Shown piece after piece: positions 9,198 to 17,813 of a stretch of DNA of 58,891 nucleotides; position 1 is the first letter of the stretch; every line of letters begins with the position of its first letter. The notes under the pieces were generated by a model. The model was given only the letters and a program-made list of their open reading frames with translations, did no database searches and was not told the DNA's origin. The stretch covers positions 1 through 58,891 of IMG/VR virus record IMGVR_UViG_3300024289_000039. One strand, 5' to 3'. The DNA comes from a virus. Lineage: Duplodnaviria > Caudoviricetes. The translations under genes were made by a program, and so were the position numbers.

Positions 9198-9932
9198 TCA
9201 CTTCTTCAGCAGGTCTGCCGCCTTGGCGAGCTGCATCTTCAGCTCTTTGTTTTCGAGGCTGTGCGCAACTTCTTCGATCAGGTCGATTGCTTTCTGGTCC
9301 TTCGGGACGAAGAACGGAGCTGCCCACGGCCATGCAGCAATAATAGAATCGCGCATCTGCTTTGCGATGGTTTGATACTCACCTTGGACGCGCATAGAGT
9401 CGCGCGCACGCAGAAGATCAACGAGCGAGCGCAGATTGTATTTAGCGATCAAGTTGCAATGCACATTCATCGGCAGCAAGCCGCGTGCATCTTCGAGTGC
9501 CTCACCGTCTTTGACCATGATGCGATAGCTTTCGAGAGCCATGCGCATCCGCAAGCTGTAATCGTCCTTGTCGTGAACGCTATCCGGAATGTGATAGGAA
9601 ACCTCGGACATGTCCGTGACACGCTGGCTCTGCATCGCAAAGCTCGCTGTGCGGGTGCGAGTGATCTGCTGGGCGCAAGCACGCGTCACATTGTTGATGG
9701 AAAAGATGACGTCCACGAACTCCCAGGAGCTAGGGATTGTGTTGCTCATGTACAGCAGCTCTTTCGAGAGATCCTCGATAGGCATGTTCATGAACTTGTC
9801 GAACCCGTCAGGCGTCATCTGCAGGCGGGTGTTCTTGGTATAGGCCAAAAGGCGCGCAGCATAATACTGCTCGTCGTTGGTGCCTTTGCCAGTGTACCAG
9901 AGGAGGGAGACTTTGGGGTCGTTCATCTTCAT
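9198..9932 (-). CDS. thyX: Flavin-dependent thymidylate synthase homologue with divergent motifs
   Basis: RTRTASFAMQSQR (canonical RHRxxSxxxxSxR), EDARGLLP, NLRSL..LLRAR, QGEY. Confidence 0.85.
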   Translation of the reverse strand: MKMNDPKVSLLWYTGKGTNDEQYYAARLLAYTKNTRLQMTPDGFDKFMNMPIEDLSKELLYMSNTIPSSWEFVDVIFSINNVTRACAQQITRTRTASFAMQSQRVTDMSEVSYHIPDSVHDKDDYSLRMRMALESYRIMVKDGEALEDARGLLPMNVHCNLIAKYNLRSLVDLLRARDSMRVQGEYQTIAKQMRDSIIAAWPWAAPFFVPKDQKAIDLIEEVAHSLENKELKMQLAKAADLLKK

Positions 9933-10882
9933 TTCTTTCTGTGGTCATAAGATCCGTTATTGATTATGCGACGGATCACTCGCACGTCATTCACCACATC
10001 ATCCATCAGCAGTCCCGGTCGCCACGTAGCGAAGCGTCCGAGCGAGTACAGATTGAACTTGTCTGTTGCCCAATAGATGAATTGCTTGCGTTCATTTTCC
10101 TTGATCGGCAGGATCTTGGCATAACGCTGCACCGACCAGCGTTCATCTTTGATGCTCGCTTTGTCTATGCCAAGAACAAAAAGGGCATTGCGTATCAGCT
10201 CGCGACGTTCACGCTCGCTCTCTTGAATGCCCTTCATGTAGGCCATGACTTCTTGCGGAGTGCAAATGTTTGGCAAAGACACTTCGACAGTCATGACGTT
10301 GCCAGTCAGACTAACTCGGTTGAACAGCTCCATTGGATCAGGAACATACACAGATACGTACGCGTCAACATTTTCGACTGTGCAGTTTACATTGAAGCCA
10401 TTCACAAACCGGAAAGCTGGCTTTTCCTGCCATCCCAGAATGTCCATCATGATCGGCATCGGAACCGTCGATATGATCGGTTCTTCTGCAGACTTGATGT
10501 CATCGATCGTCACAGCACGCCCATACTCGATTGTGCTGTTAACACGCGCATGCATCTGCTGGATGAGGTCTGGTGGCGCGATATAGCGTTTGTGAACCTC
10601 TTGCCCGGCAGACATGATCGAACGCAAAGTCGCAGTGCCATTGCACTTCATAGAGTAGGCAAGGCTGTCTGCCACAGCATTGCGCCATTCATGAACAGCC
10701 TTCATCATTTGGACTTGCTTGAACTGAATGTCGAGCGCGTCCCCAACGATAGAAGAACGGAATCGCAAAACGGCGGAATGATTGTTAGGCAGCGACGGTG
10801 CTGCTTCGATGATCTTCACCTCTCGGTCTCTGATCATGCCCGCAGCAAGGAGCCCTGCCATGCCTGCTCCAATGATGTGCAT
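9929..10882 (-). CDS. FAD-dependent oxidoreductase (Rossmann; resembles UDP-galactopyranose mutase/protoporphyrinogen oxidase superfamily)
   Basis: IIGAGMAGLLAA...IIE dinucleotide-binding motif, IISTVP, C-terminal YSLGRFATW. Confidence 0.8.
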   Translation of the reverse strand: MHIIGAGMAGLLAAGMIRDREVKIIEAAPSLPNNHSAVLRFRSSIVGDALDIQFKQVQMMKAVHEWRNAVADSLAYSMKCNGTATLRSIMSAGQEVHKRYIAPPDLIQQMHARVNSTIEYGRAVTIDDIKSAEEPIISTVPMPIMMDILGWQEKPAFRFVNGFNVNCTVENVDAYVSVYVPDPMELFNRVSLTGNVMTVEVSLPNICTPQEVMAYMKGIQESERERRELIRNALFVLGIDKASIKDERWSVQRYAKILPIKENERKQFIYWATDKFNLYSLGRFATWRPGLLMDDVVNDVRVIRRIINNGSYDHRKK

Positions 10883-10889
10883 CGGCGAC

Positions 10890-11447
10890 CTACTTCTTTG
10901 CTTGTTTGATTTTCGCTATGCGCCCAGCGTAGAGACCGAGCAATTCAAGCGGGACTTCATCGCCGCCCTTCAAACGCTCCTTGATGTGAGCGATCAAAGT
11001 TTGCGGATGAACACCCATCTTTGAACCGACATCATATCCCTTGTCTGCAAGGTCGGCAACAAGCGCCAAAGCACGGTTGTGCTCTGACTTGCCGAACTGC
11101 AGGGAGACCTCTGTCTTGATCAGCGCCTCTGCACCGTTGGACTCCAGCCAGCGTATGGCCGCGACCCTCTTGTCTTCGTCCTTCGGCAGAGATCCTGAGA
11201 CGAAATCGTCGACGGTGATGCGGAATCCACTGTCAGTCTTGAATTCAGACAGCCCGCACTCTGCCATCAAGTCTGGCAGGTCGACCGTCTTCATCTTGTT
11301 GAGTCTCTTCTTGAGGTCGGAGAGATTTTCCTCCAAGCTCTCGACGAGCTGCTCGGTGTCGATGACTTCTTTAGCCATCGACACCAAACGCTGCATCGAG
11401 TTGTCACTGGAGGCAGACTCGCCGAGATCGAAATCGAAGTCTGCCAT
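10890..11447 (-). CDS. Conserved phage replication-region protein
   Basis: Coiled coil then LPDLMAECGLSEFK...VHPQTL pattern typical of genes next to phage SSBs. Confidence 0.7.
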   Translation of the reverse strand: MADFDFDLGESASSDNSMQRLVSMAKEVIDTEQLVESLEENLSDLKKRLNKMKTVDLPDLMAECGLSEFKTDSGFRITVDDFVSGSLPKDEDKRVAAIRWLESNGAEALIKTEVSLQFGKSEHNRALALVADLADKGYDVGSKMGVHPQTLIAHIKERLKGGDEVPLELLGLYAGRIAKIKQAKK

Positions 11448-11455
11448 GACACACC

Positions 11456-12244
11456 TCACATGGCCGGTTCGTTTTGGCCTTGGTCTTCATCAGCGCCAAT
11501 GTCGCCACGCACCTCACCACGCTTCAGAGAATCGCGGAACGAGATGGCTTCATTGTAATATTCGCGCCAATTGTCGCCGATGTCTTGAAGACGATCACCA
11601 CGCTCGATCTTCCAACCAGCCCAATCGCCTTCCGCATTGCTCTCGTCCACAACCGAAAGATTGTAAACTCGATAGAAAAGCGGCGGAGTAAACGTCGACC
11701 CGTCCGCACGCTGAACCTTTTCAGAGGTTGCCAGCGTCAGCCACCGCCGAGCTTTTTTGAGCTGGGTGGAAGCCATCGGAAGGAAACACCTGCGGCCGCC
11801 AGCCGACATATTGAGTCCGAAGAACTGGGCGGTCTCCGCAATATAATTACCGTCCTTTGTCGTTGGGCGGTTCTTTTCGTCAGGCTTGCAGGATTCAAGA
11901 ATCGAGGCGTCTTCATGAATCTTGACCAACCCCTTGCCAGAGCTGCGAGGAGCCCACTCCAGATACTGCTTGATGTAGTGGACCGGCAGGAACACCAACG
12001 GTGCTTCGAAAATCTCTTGCGTGCCAACATCGCAGATATCACCGACTTTTGCGCCGTTGATGTATTCAGGCTTCTTGGGTTGAACCTGTGGCGACAAAGC
12101 CTGCAATAGCGTGATGCGGGGAATGATCAAGTCACGAGTCGTGACGTTCTCCAACCCCTCTCCGGCCATTGATTCGAAAGCTGAGTCGATTTCGACGAGA
12201 GCTGTGCCTTTGCTTTGGACAGCGACTTCTTGCTTCTTTGCCAT
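11456..12244 (-). CDS. Putative ssDNA-binding/annealing protein
   Basis: GLENV...DLIIPRITLLQALSPQV, YLEW, acidic C-terminal tail; first gene of replication operon. Confidence 0.6.
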   Translation of the reverse strand: MAKKQEVAVQSKGTALVEIDSAFESMAGEGLENVTTRDLIIPRITLLQALSPQVQPKKPEYINGAKVGDICDVGTQEIFEAPLVFLPVHYIKQYLEWAPRSSGKGLVKIHEDASILESCKPDEKNRPTTKDGNYIAETAQFFGLNMSAGGRRCFLPMASTQLKKARRWLTLATSEKVQRADGSTFTPPLFYRVYNLSVVDESNAEGDWAGWKIERGDRLQDIGDNWREYYNEAISFRDSLKRGEVRGDIGADEDQGQNEPAM

Positions 12245-12416
12245 GATATTTATACTCCTGTCTGCTTAGGTCTGGGGATCCAGATCCGTTTTTGAGACGA
12301 TTCGAAGTATGCCTCGGACTGAATAAAAAAGCACGATATTTTTGAGATTTTCTGTAAAATTGTCGTAAGTTGTTGTTTTTAATCGTAAATAAAAATGTCA
12401 ATTTGAGCAATTATTT
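12245..12416. promoter_or_regulatory. AT-rich divergent control region
   Basis: Non-coding, very AT-rich, genes diverge on either side. Confidence 0.7.
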
Positions 12417-12481
12417 TGTTTTCTTTTTTGGCGGAATGGCGTTTAATACTCTTACCGGCCGATTCGCCGGGTAGATGGAGA
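12417..12481 (+). promoter_or_regulatory. Early promoter + stem-loop + RBS unit, copy 1
   Basis: TGTTTTCT-N17-TTTAAT, then CCGGC-cgattc-GCCGG hairpin and GGAG; 44/45 nt identical to 14349..14393. Confidence 0.8.
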
Positions 12482-12487
12482 ACAGAG

Positions 12488-12712
12488 ATGATGACCAACC
12501 TGAACAACTGGCTCGACACCGTCCCCGGACTCAAGACCGAAAAGGGTGCCATGGCTCGTCTCGCGAAAGTCATGGACATGATCGAGGAAAACGGCTCCAA
12601 GTGGATGATCTACCGCAAGCCGGACAACACCTACGTCCCTCTGGTCATCGCCTCCAGCAAAGATTGGGCGGTCGGAGCCTACGCTCACAACGGTGTCTGC
12701 GTCACGAACTGA
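12488..12712 (+). CDS. Early hypothetical protein
   Basis: ATG after GGAG RBS, strongly biased C-ending codons. Confidence 0.8.
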   Translation: MMTNLNNWLDTVPGLKTEKGAMARLAKVMDMIEENGSKWMIYRKPDNTYVPLVIASSKDWAVGAYAHNGVCVTN

Positions 12713-12730
12713 GGGAGCTCCGGCTCCCTC
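12711..12730 (+). terminator. GC-rich hairpin (terminator or stabiliser)
   Basis: GAGGGAGC-TCCG-GCTCCCTC; weak U-tract. Confidence 0.5.
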
Positions 12731-12759
12731 CCCTCTTCCTAAAATAAATGGAGATCAAA

Positions 12760-13050
12760 ATGCGTTACTATTACTACGACAGAGCAGAGCCCAAACTGCA
12801 CCCGACGTCATATCTGGTCGAGGAAATGGAACTGTACAACTATCCGAGCGTGATGGTTATGTCCGCAGAGCTCCACATCGAAATTGACAGCACGAATGAT
12901 TGGTATGTCGATTTCATCACAATCAACGGAGCTGACGGAGAAGTCGAGCGTCTCCCTGAAGGGCACTGGTTGGAGGCGAGCATCAGGCAGACGATCTCTC
13001 GCGACAGAAAATTGCAGCAGAGCATCTATGATGCTTGCGTGGAGGAATGA
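12760..13050 (+). CDS. Early hypothetical protein
   Basis: ORF with GGAG RBS before MRYYYY. Confidence 0.7.
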   Translation: MRYYYYDRAEPKLHPTSYLVEEMELYNYPSVMVMSAELHIEIDSTNDWYVDFITINGADGEVERLPEGHWLEASIRQTISRDRKLQQSIYDACVEE

Positions 13051-13256
13051 AGATGAAGAACCCGATCGAAATAGAGCAGATAGAAAAAGATTTCTATCGT
13101 GTGACATATTTCAGCAGCGAAGCAGGGTGGATCAACAAGACACGACTGCAGCAAAACGACCGAATTGCATACAGAGCAATGACAGTGCACGGTAAAATCC
13201 AATATTTCCCTTCGCTCGACTCTGCCAAACTCTTCATCGTGGAGAACTACCACTAA
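13047..13256 (+). CDS. Early hypothetical protein
   Basis: GGAGG RBS, ATGA overlap with upstream stop. Confidence 0.7.
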   Translation: MKMKNPIEIEQIEKDFYRVTYFSSEAGWINKTRLQQNDRIAYRAMTVHGKIQYFPSLDSAKLFIVENYH

Positions 13257-13675
13257 TGACTCGCATCAACTGCATCCCGCCCCAAGAGCTGCACGACAAG
13301 CATCTCGCTGCAGAATACTACGAGCTGCCTCGTGTTTTCGGGTTGGTGCGCAAAGCTCTCGAGAAAGGCGTCGATCCCAAAAGGGTCGATGCTCCTGAAC
13401 AATACACCCTCGGCAACGGCCATGTTAAGTTCTTCTATACGAGACTGGGATACTGCCTGAAAAGACAGGCACAGCTCGTCGCAGAGTTGCAGCGTCGCAA
13501 ACGCAAACCGAATCTGACAGAGCTTCAGGGTCTCGCTGTGGGAATACCGGAGGAGCTTTTCGGGGACTGGGAGCCCGACGAGGAAGCTATGATGATCAAT
13601 CGTCAACGATTGGAGGAAAGACTGGCGGAAATGAGCAAAAAACAAAAAAGACCTGTGCCGAGCATTCATGACTGA
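13256..13675 (+). CDS. denV: Pyrimidine dimer DNA glycosylase (T4 endonuclease V family)
   Basis: MTRIN...HLAAEYYELPRVFG...YTLGNGHVKFFY, closely matches T4 DenV. Confidence 0.93.
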   Translation: MTRINCIPPQELHDKHLAAEYYELPRVFGLVRKALEKGVDPKRVDAPEQYTLGNGHVKFFYTRLGYCLKRQAQLVAELQRRKRKPNLTELQGLAVGIPEELFGDWEPDEEAMMINRQRLEERLAEMSKKQKRPVPSIHD

Positions 13676-13682
13676 ACAATTC

Positions 13683-13713
13683 TGTTTCCAATTGTGGCGG
13701 AACAGAGTTTAAT
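13683..13713 (+). promoter_or_regulatory. Early promoter, variant copy
   Basis: TGTTTCCA-N17-TTTAAT, same spacing as the two promoter units, followed by GTAGATAGGAG. Confidence 0.65.
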
Positions 13714-13731
13714 CAGAACTGTAGATAGGAG

Positions 13732-14277
13732 ATGAAAATGAGGACGTTTGCTTTCGATTTCGAACGCTCTAAAGAGATCCTTGCGTTCCCGACAAAGAGG
13801 GATGCATTGAACAATGGCAATGGGTTCCTGATCGTCCAGGAGCCAGCGGACATTGCCAAGTCGACGATACCTCTGGACAACCTCGTCCAGTTCTACAACG
13901 CACACAACACCACAAACCCGATCAAGAGTTTCCGCGACCGTAAAACGGCTGCGGACAGGCTGTTGGCTCTTGCTGAGGCCAAAGCCAAAATTATTAAGTC
14001 AGCAGAACAGGAGAATGAAATGCAGAATGCAGCTATTAAAAAGGAACCCAACACCGAAACTCGCAAGGGCCGGACATCTTCGTTCAAAGGAAAGGTGATC
14101 CGCATTGCACCCAGCATTACGACCAACCCCCGCAGGGAAGGCACCCACGGCCACAAATCTATGGATATCATTATGAAGTCCAAGACTGGGGTGACTTACG
14201 AAGAATTCATCCGCCAAGGCGGTCGCCGGCAGGATCTGGCTTGGGACCTCGCCCATGGGAATGTAACGATCGGCTGA
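13732..14277 (+). CDS. Hypothetical, possibly DNA-binding protein
   Basis: 181-aa basic ORF; C-terminal NPRREGT...TYEEF..GG..QDLAWD domain. Confidence 0.75.
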   Translation: MKMRTFAFDFERSKEILAFPTKRDALNNGNGFLIVQEPADIAKSTIPLDNLVQFYNAHNTTNPIKSFRDRKTAADRLLALAEAKAKIIKSAEQENEMQNAAIKKEPNTETRKGRTSSFKGKVIRIAPSITTNPRREGTHGHKSMDIIMKSKTGVTYEEFIRQGGRRQDLAWDLAHGNVTIG

Positions 14278-14288
14278 ATCTTAACCAT

Positions 14289-14319
14289 AGATGGGGTCGA
14301 AAATATTTTGGCCCCATCT
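14289..14319 (+). terminator. Rho-independent terminator
   Basis: AGATGGGG...CCCCATCT stem followed by T-rich run. Confidence 0.65.
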
Positions 14320-14328
14320 CAATTTTCT

Positions 14329-14393
14329 TGTTTTCTTTTTTCTCGTTCTGGCGTTTAATACTTTTACCGGCCGATTCGCCGGGTAGATGGAGA
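14329..14393 (+). promoter_or_regulatory. Early promoter + stem-loop + RBS unit, copy 2
   Basis: TGTTTTCT-N17-TTTAAT + same hairpin and RBS as copy 1. Confidence 0.8.
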
Positions 14394-14400
14394 TCCTAGA

Positions 14401-14670
14401 ATGAAAGCTCGTCGCCCCACCCTCCTCGCTGTTTCGCGCTCTGCCTTCCCGGCCGAGATCGTCAACGACCCGTCAAAGCGGGGGCAGCTCGCTGCCAAGA
14501 AGGTGATCTTCGGCGAGCTCTCGCGCTACGCAGTTGCGCCGATCCACACTCGGTTCGGCGACATTGTGTGGTTTGTTTGGGACGCTGAATCCAACCTCGA
14601 AGACGTGCATATGGCTGACGTCATCCGTCAGGAATCAACCTTCGAAAAAGCTGTCGAAGGACTTTGGTGA
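14401..14670 (+). CDS. Early hypothetical protein
   Basis: 89-aa ORF directly after promoter unit. Confidence 0.75.
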   Translation: MKARRPTLLAVSRSAFPAEIVNDPSKRGQLAAKKVIFGELSRYAVAPIHTRFGDIVWFVWDAESNLEDVHMADVIRQESTFEKAVEGLW

Positions 14671-14684
14671 AAAGGAGATCTAAA

Positions 14685-15641
14685 ATGGCACACGAAGTTG
14701 AAACCATGGCTTTCGCTAACGAAGTCCCTTGGCACGGTCTGGGCAACCGGATCGACTCCTCAGCCACCGTCGACGAGATGATCGTCGCTGCTGGTCTTGA
14801 TTGGGAGGTCGAGCTCCGCCCGATCTACGCCGAGGCACCCAACGGCGAAATGATCAAGCTCCCGGTTCGTCGGGCTCTGATGCGCACCAGCGACAACAAG
14901 GTGATGACCATCACCGGCGATCTGTGGAAGCCTCTGCAGAACCGCGACGCTATGGAGTTCTTCCGGGAGTACACCGAGATCGGTGGCGCAAAGCTCGAGA
15001 CTGCTGGCTCGCTGCGGGGTGGCAAGGTGATCTGGGCTCTTGCCTCGATCAACGAAGGGTTCACCATTAACCGTAAGGACCATGTCAAAGGCTACATCCT
15101 GCTGATCTCGCCCCACGAGGTTGGCAAAGCAATCTCGGTCCGCACAACGACAGTGCGCGTGGTTTGCGCCAACACCATGGCGATGGCTATTCAGGGACAG
15201 GCCCAATATAGCCAGAACCACCTCTCGGTGTTCGATGCGGCCCGCGCCAAGGAGACCATCGGCCTCGCTCGGGAGCAGATCCATCAGGCGCACCTCGATG
15301 CCAAGCTGCTCGATCAGCTCAAGATGAGCGAGTTCGACACTGTGCGGTTCCTCTCTAAGTTCTTCGCCCCGACACCTGAAGGGCAGAAAGAGGAGAGCCA
15401 TATCGAGATGCTCCTGAACGACCCGACCTACCGCCCCAAACACCTCGACCAAGTTCTCAACTCGGTCAACAACGCTCCCGGAGCGGTCCCGGGCAATGCG
15501 TGGGGCATCCTCAACGGTGTAACCCACTGGGTTGACCACGTTGCAGGGACCAAGGGCGACGCTCGACTCTTCAACGCATGGCTCGGCGAACGTTCGCGCC
15601 TGAAGGTCGAGGTTCGTGACTCTCTCCTGGAAATGGTCTGA
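14685..15641 (+). CDS. DUF932/DUF945 phage-plasmid protein
   Basis: MAHEVETMA...PWHGLG, AGLDWEV, ETAGSLRGG, VRVVCANT, AWGILNGVT. Confidence 0.9.
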   Translation: MAHEVETMAFANEVPWHGLGNRIDSSATVDEMIVAAGLDWEVELRPIYAEAPNGEMIKLPVRRALMRTSDNKVMTITGDLWKPLQNRDAMEFFREYTEIGGAKLETAGSLRGGKVIWALASINEGFTINRKDHVKGYILLISPHEVGKAISVRTTTVRVVCANTMAMAIQGQAQYSQNHLSVFDAARAKETIGLAREQIHQAHLDAKLLDQLKMSEFDTVRFLSKFFAPTPEGQKEESHIEMLLNDPTYRPKHLDQVLNSVNNAPGAVPGNAWGILNGVTHWVDHVAGTKGDARLFNAWLGERSRLKVEVRDSLLEMV

Positions 15642-15658
15642 GTTTCAATGCAAATGCC

Positions 15659-15682
15659 GGGGGAGGGAGCTTTCCTTCCCCC
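15659..15682 (+). terminator. Hairpin after DUF932 gene
   Basis: GGGGGAGGGA...TTCCTTCCCCC. Confidence 0.45.
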
Positions 15683-15692
15683 ACCACAACAC

Positions 15693-15807
15693 CATTTTCC
15701 ATTTCCATTCCTCTCCTGAATTCCACTCACTCTAGAGGAAAATAGAAGAAAGAAAGTAATAGAAGAAGAGTAAGTGAAATCGGTCCATGGACTGGAAATG
15801 GAAAATG
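15693..15807 (+). repeat. 115-bp element with 15-bp terminal inverted repeats, copy 1
   Basis: CATTTTCCATTTCCA...TGGAAATGGAAAATG; reverse complement of 57684..57798. Confidence 0.9.
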
Positions 15808-15821
15808 CTGCGGGGGCAAAA

Positions 15822-17498
15822 ATGAACGTCAAGATTGAAGGAAAAAGGGTCAGAACGACCTCCGAATACGATGCTCGGATTCTCAGAGCTCTGAACAGGC
15901 TTGAGGGAATGAAACGATGGGGCGCCAATAGGTCGTTCTCGTTCGATAACTCGCCTTATAATCTCGAAGTCTGGCGATCCGTTTTCCCCGACTGTTTGGT
16001 CGAGGAGGAAGACCCTGATGCAGCCGCAGGAATGGTCGCTGATGGACTTTTCGACATAGGGGATAGCCGCCCTACATTCCAATTCAAAACATCGCCCCGC
16101 GACCACCAAAAACAGGCTCTTGAGAAACTGCAGAATCTGGACTCTTTCGGCCTGTTCATGGATGTCGGGACAGGCAAGAGTTGGACCGCAATTGCATTCA
16201 TGGGTCAGCGCTGGTGCAGGGGTCAATCTGATCATGTGCTGCTCGTGGCCAAAAATGGCGTTCACCGCCAATGGGTGGCTGAGCAGATCCCAGAACACAT
16301 GAGCGAATCAGTGCGCTGGACTGCTTGGGTCTATGGAAAGACCAAAAGAGCCGAGCGAGATTTTGAAGAGATGATGGCATTTGATGGCCTGAAGATAATG
16401 GCCATCAACATCGATGCGATAGTGACTCCAGGTGGCGAAAGCAAGATCTTGGCGTTCTTGAAACAGGCCAAAGGTCGCGCAACGATGATCATAGACGAGT
16501 CGCAAGACATCAAGAACATGTCCGCGAGCCGCACCAAGGCTGCCATCAAATTCGGGTCTTTGTGTCGCTACAGGATGATCATGACTGGCACCCCAATTGC
16601 CAAGAACGTGATCGACCTTTTCAGCCAGTTCAAATTCCTGGACGAGCGGATCCTCGGGTTCCGTTACATAACTGCCTTCAGGAATCAATTCTGCGTTATG
16701 CGGGACACCCCATTCGGAAAGATCATCGCTGGCTCAAAGAACATCGAGGAGTTGTACAAAAAGATTGACCCTTGCATTTTCCGAATCACCAGCGAGGAAG
16801 CTCTAGACCTGCCACCGAAAGTCTATGTGCGGAGAGAGTTTGCTCTTTCCGACGCACAGCTGAAGGTGATGAAAGAGCTGCGACAGCAATTCTTCGCAGA
16901 GGTTGGCAAAGGCGAGATATCTTCCGTAACTACCGCTGCGACACTTTTGACTCGCATGCAGCAGATCAGTTGCGGGTTCCTGCCGACAGACGACAACAAA
17001 ATAATCAAGTTCCCAAATCCCAGAATGGAAGAGCTCAAATCGATCATCGAGCAACGCACAGGCAAAATCATTGTTTGGTGCAGGTTTAACCAAGACATTG
17101 AGTCTGTGATGAAAGAGCTCGGCCAAGAGGCGGTCGACTATTACGGCAGGACGCCAGAAGGTCAGCGCAAGAAGAATCTCGAGTTGTTCATGGACAAGGA
17201 ATCTGGCATACGTTTCCTCGTGGCGTCGCCAGAAGCTGCAGGCACAGGTCTTAATCTTCAGGGTTTGTGCAACACGAATATTTACTATTCAAACAGCTTC
17301 AATGCTCTCGCCCGCTGGCAGAGCGAGGGCCGAACATGGCGTGACGGGACAAAAGGAACTGTCACCTATTTCGATCTCGTCGCACAGAAATCGCCTGACA
17401 AAAAGATCCTCGCAAATCTGCGTGACAAAAAGAGCGTCTCTGACATGACGCTCGATGACTACCGCAAGCTGTTCGCTCTTGAGGAAGATGAGCTATGA
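15822..17498 (+). CDS. SNF2-family (SF2) helicase
   Basis: MDVGTGKS, IIDESQ, MTGTP, AAGTGLNL, QSEGR motifs; start uncertain (15774/15798/15822). Confidence 0.93.
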   Translation: MNVKIEGKRVRTTSEYDARILRALNRLEGMKRWGANRSFSFDNSPYNLEVWRSVFPDCLVEEEDPDAAAGMVADGLFDIGDSRPTFQFKTSPRDHQKQALEKLQNLDSFGLFMDVGTGKSWTAIAFMGQRWCRGQSDHVLLVAKNGVHRQWVAEQIPEHMSESVRWTAWVYGKTKRAERDFEEMMAFDGLKIMAINIDAIVTPGGESKILAFLKQAKGRATMIIDESQDIKNMSASRTKAAIKFGSLCRYRMIMTGTPIAKNVIDLFSQFKFLDERILGFRYITAFRNQFCVMRDTPFGKIIAGSKNIEELYKKIDPCIFRITSEEALDLPPKVYVRREFALSDAQLKVMKELRQQFFAEVGKGEISSVTTAATLLTRMQQISCGFLPTDDNKIIKFPNPRMEELKSIIEQRTGKIIVWCRFNQDIESVMKELGQEAVDYYGRTPEGQRKKNLELFMDKESGIRFLVASPEAAGTGLNLQGLCNTNIYYSNSFNALARWQSEGRTWRDGTKGTVTYFDLVAQKSPDKKILANLRDKKSVSDMTLDDYRKLFALEEDEL

Positions 17499-17749
17499 AA
17501 CTAACACCAAGAGAAAAACAATTGCTCGAGTTCTTCAAGATGCATGCGGGCAAGACGGTAGATTTCCAAACTGTGAAAAGCCAGTTCGTTGGACCTGAGA
17601 CGCGCAGCTACCACAACTCTTTGATGTGCTCGGTGCGCAGGCTGCGGATAAAACTCAGCGACAAAGGCACCATCCTGAATAGGGTCACCAACGTCGGTCG
17701 CGGAAACAAGGCTGTGTTCTTCATTGACGAAAGAATACTTAAAATATAA
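17495..17749 (+). CDS. Winged-helix DNA-binding protein (OmpR C-terminal-like)
   Basis: LTPREKQLL...SLMCSVRRLRIKL...VGRG pattern. Confidence 0.7.
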   Translation: MKLTPREKQLLEFFKMHAGKTVDFQTVKSQFVGPETRSYHNSLMCSVRRLRIKLSDKGTILNRVTNVGRGNKAVFFIDERILKI

Positions 17750-17813
17750 AAATCAGCTTTTCAGCATGCCTGTTTTGGAAGAAAATCCAAGCCAGATGCA
17801 GATGGAGAAAAAG

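Noticed and set aside
15693-15807. Autonomous IS element
   Set aside because: Only 115 bp, no transposase in the window, no target-site duplication
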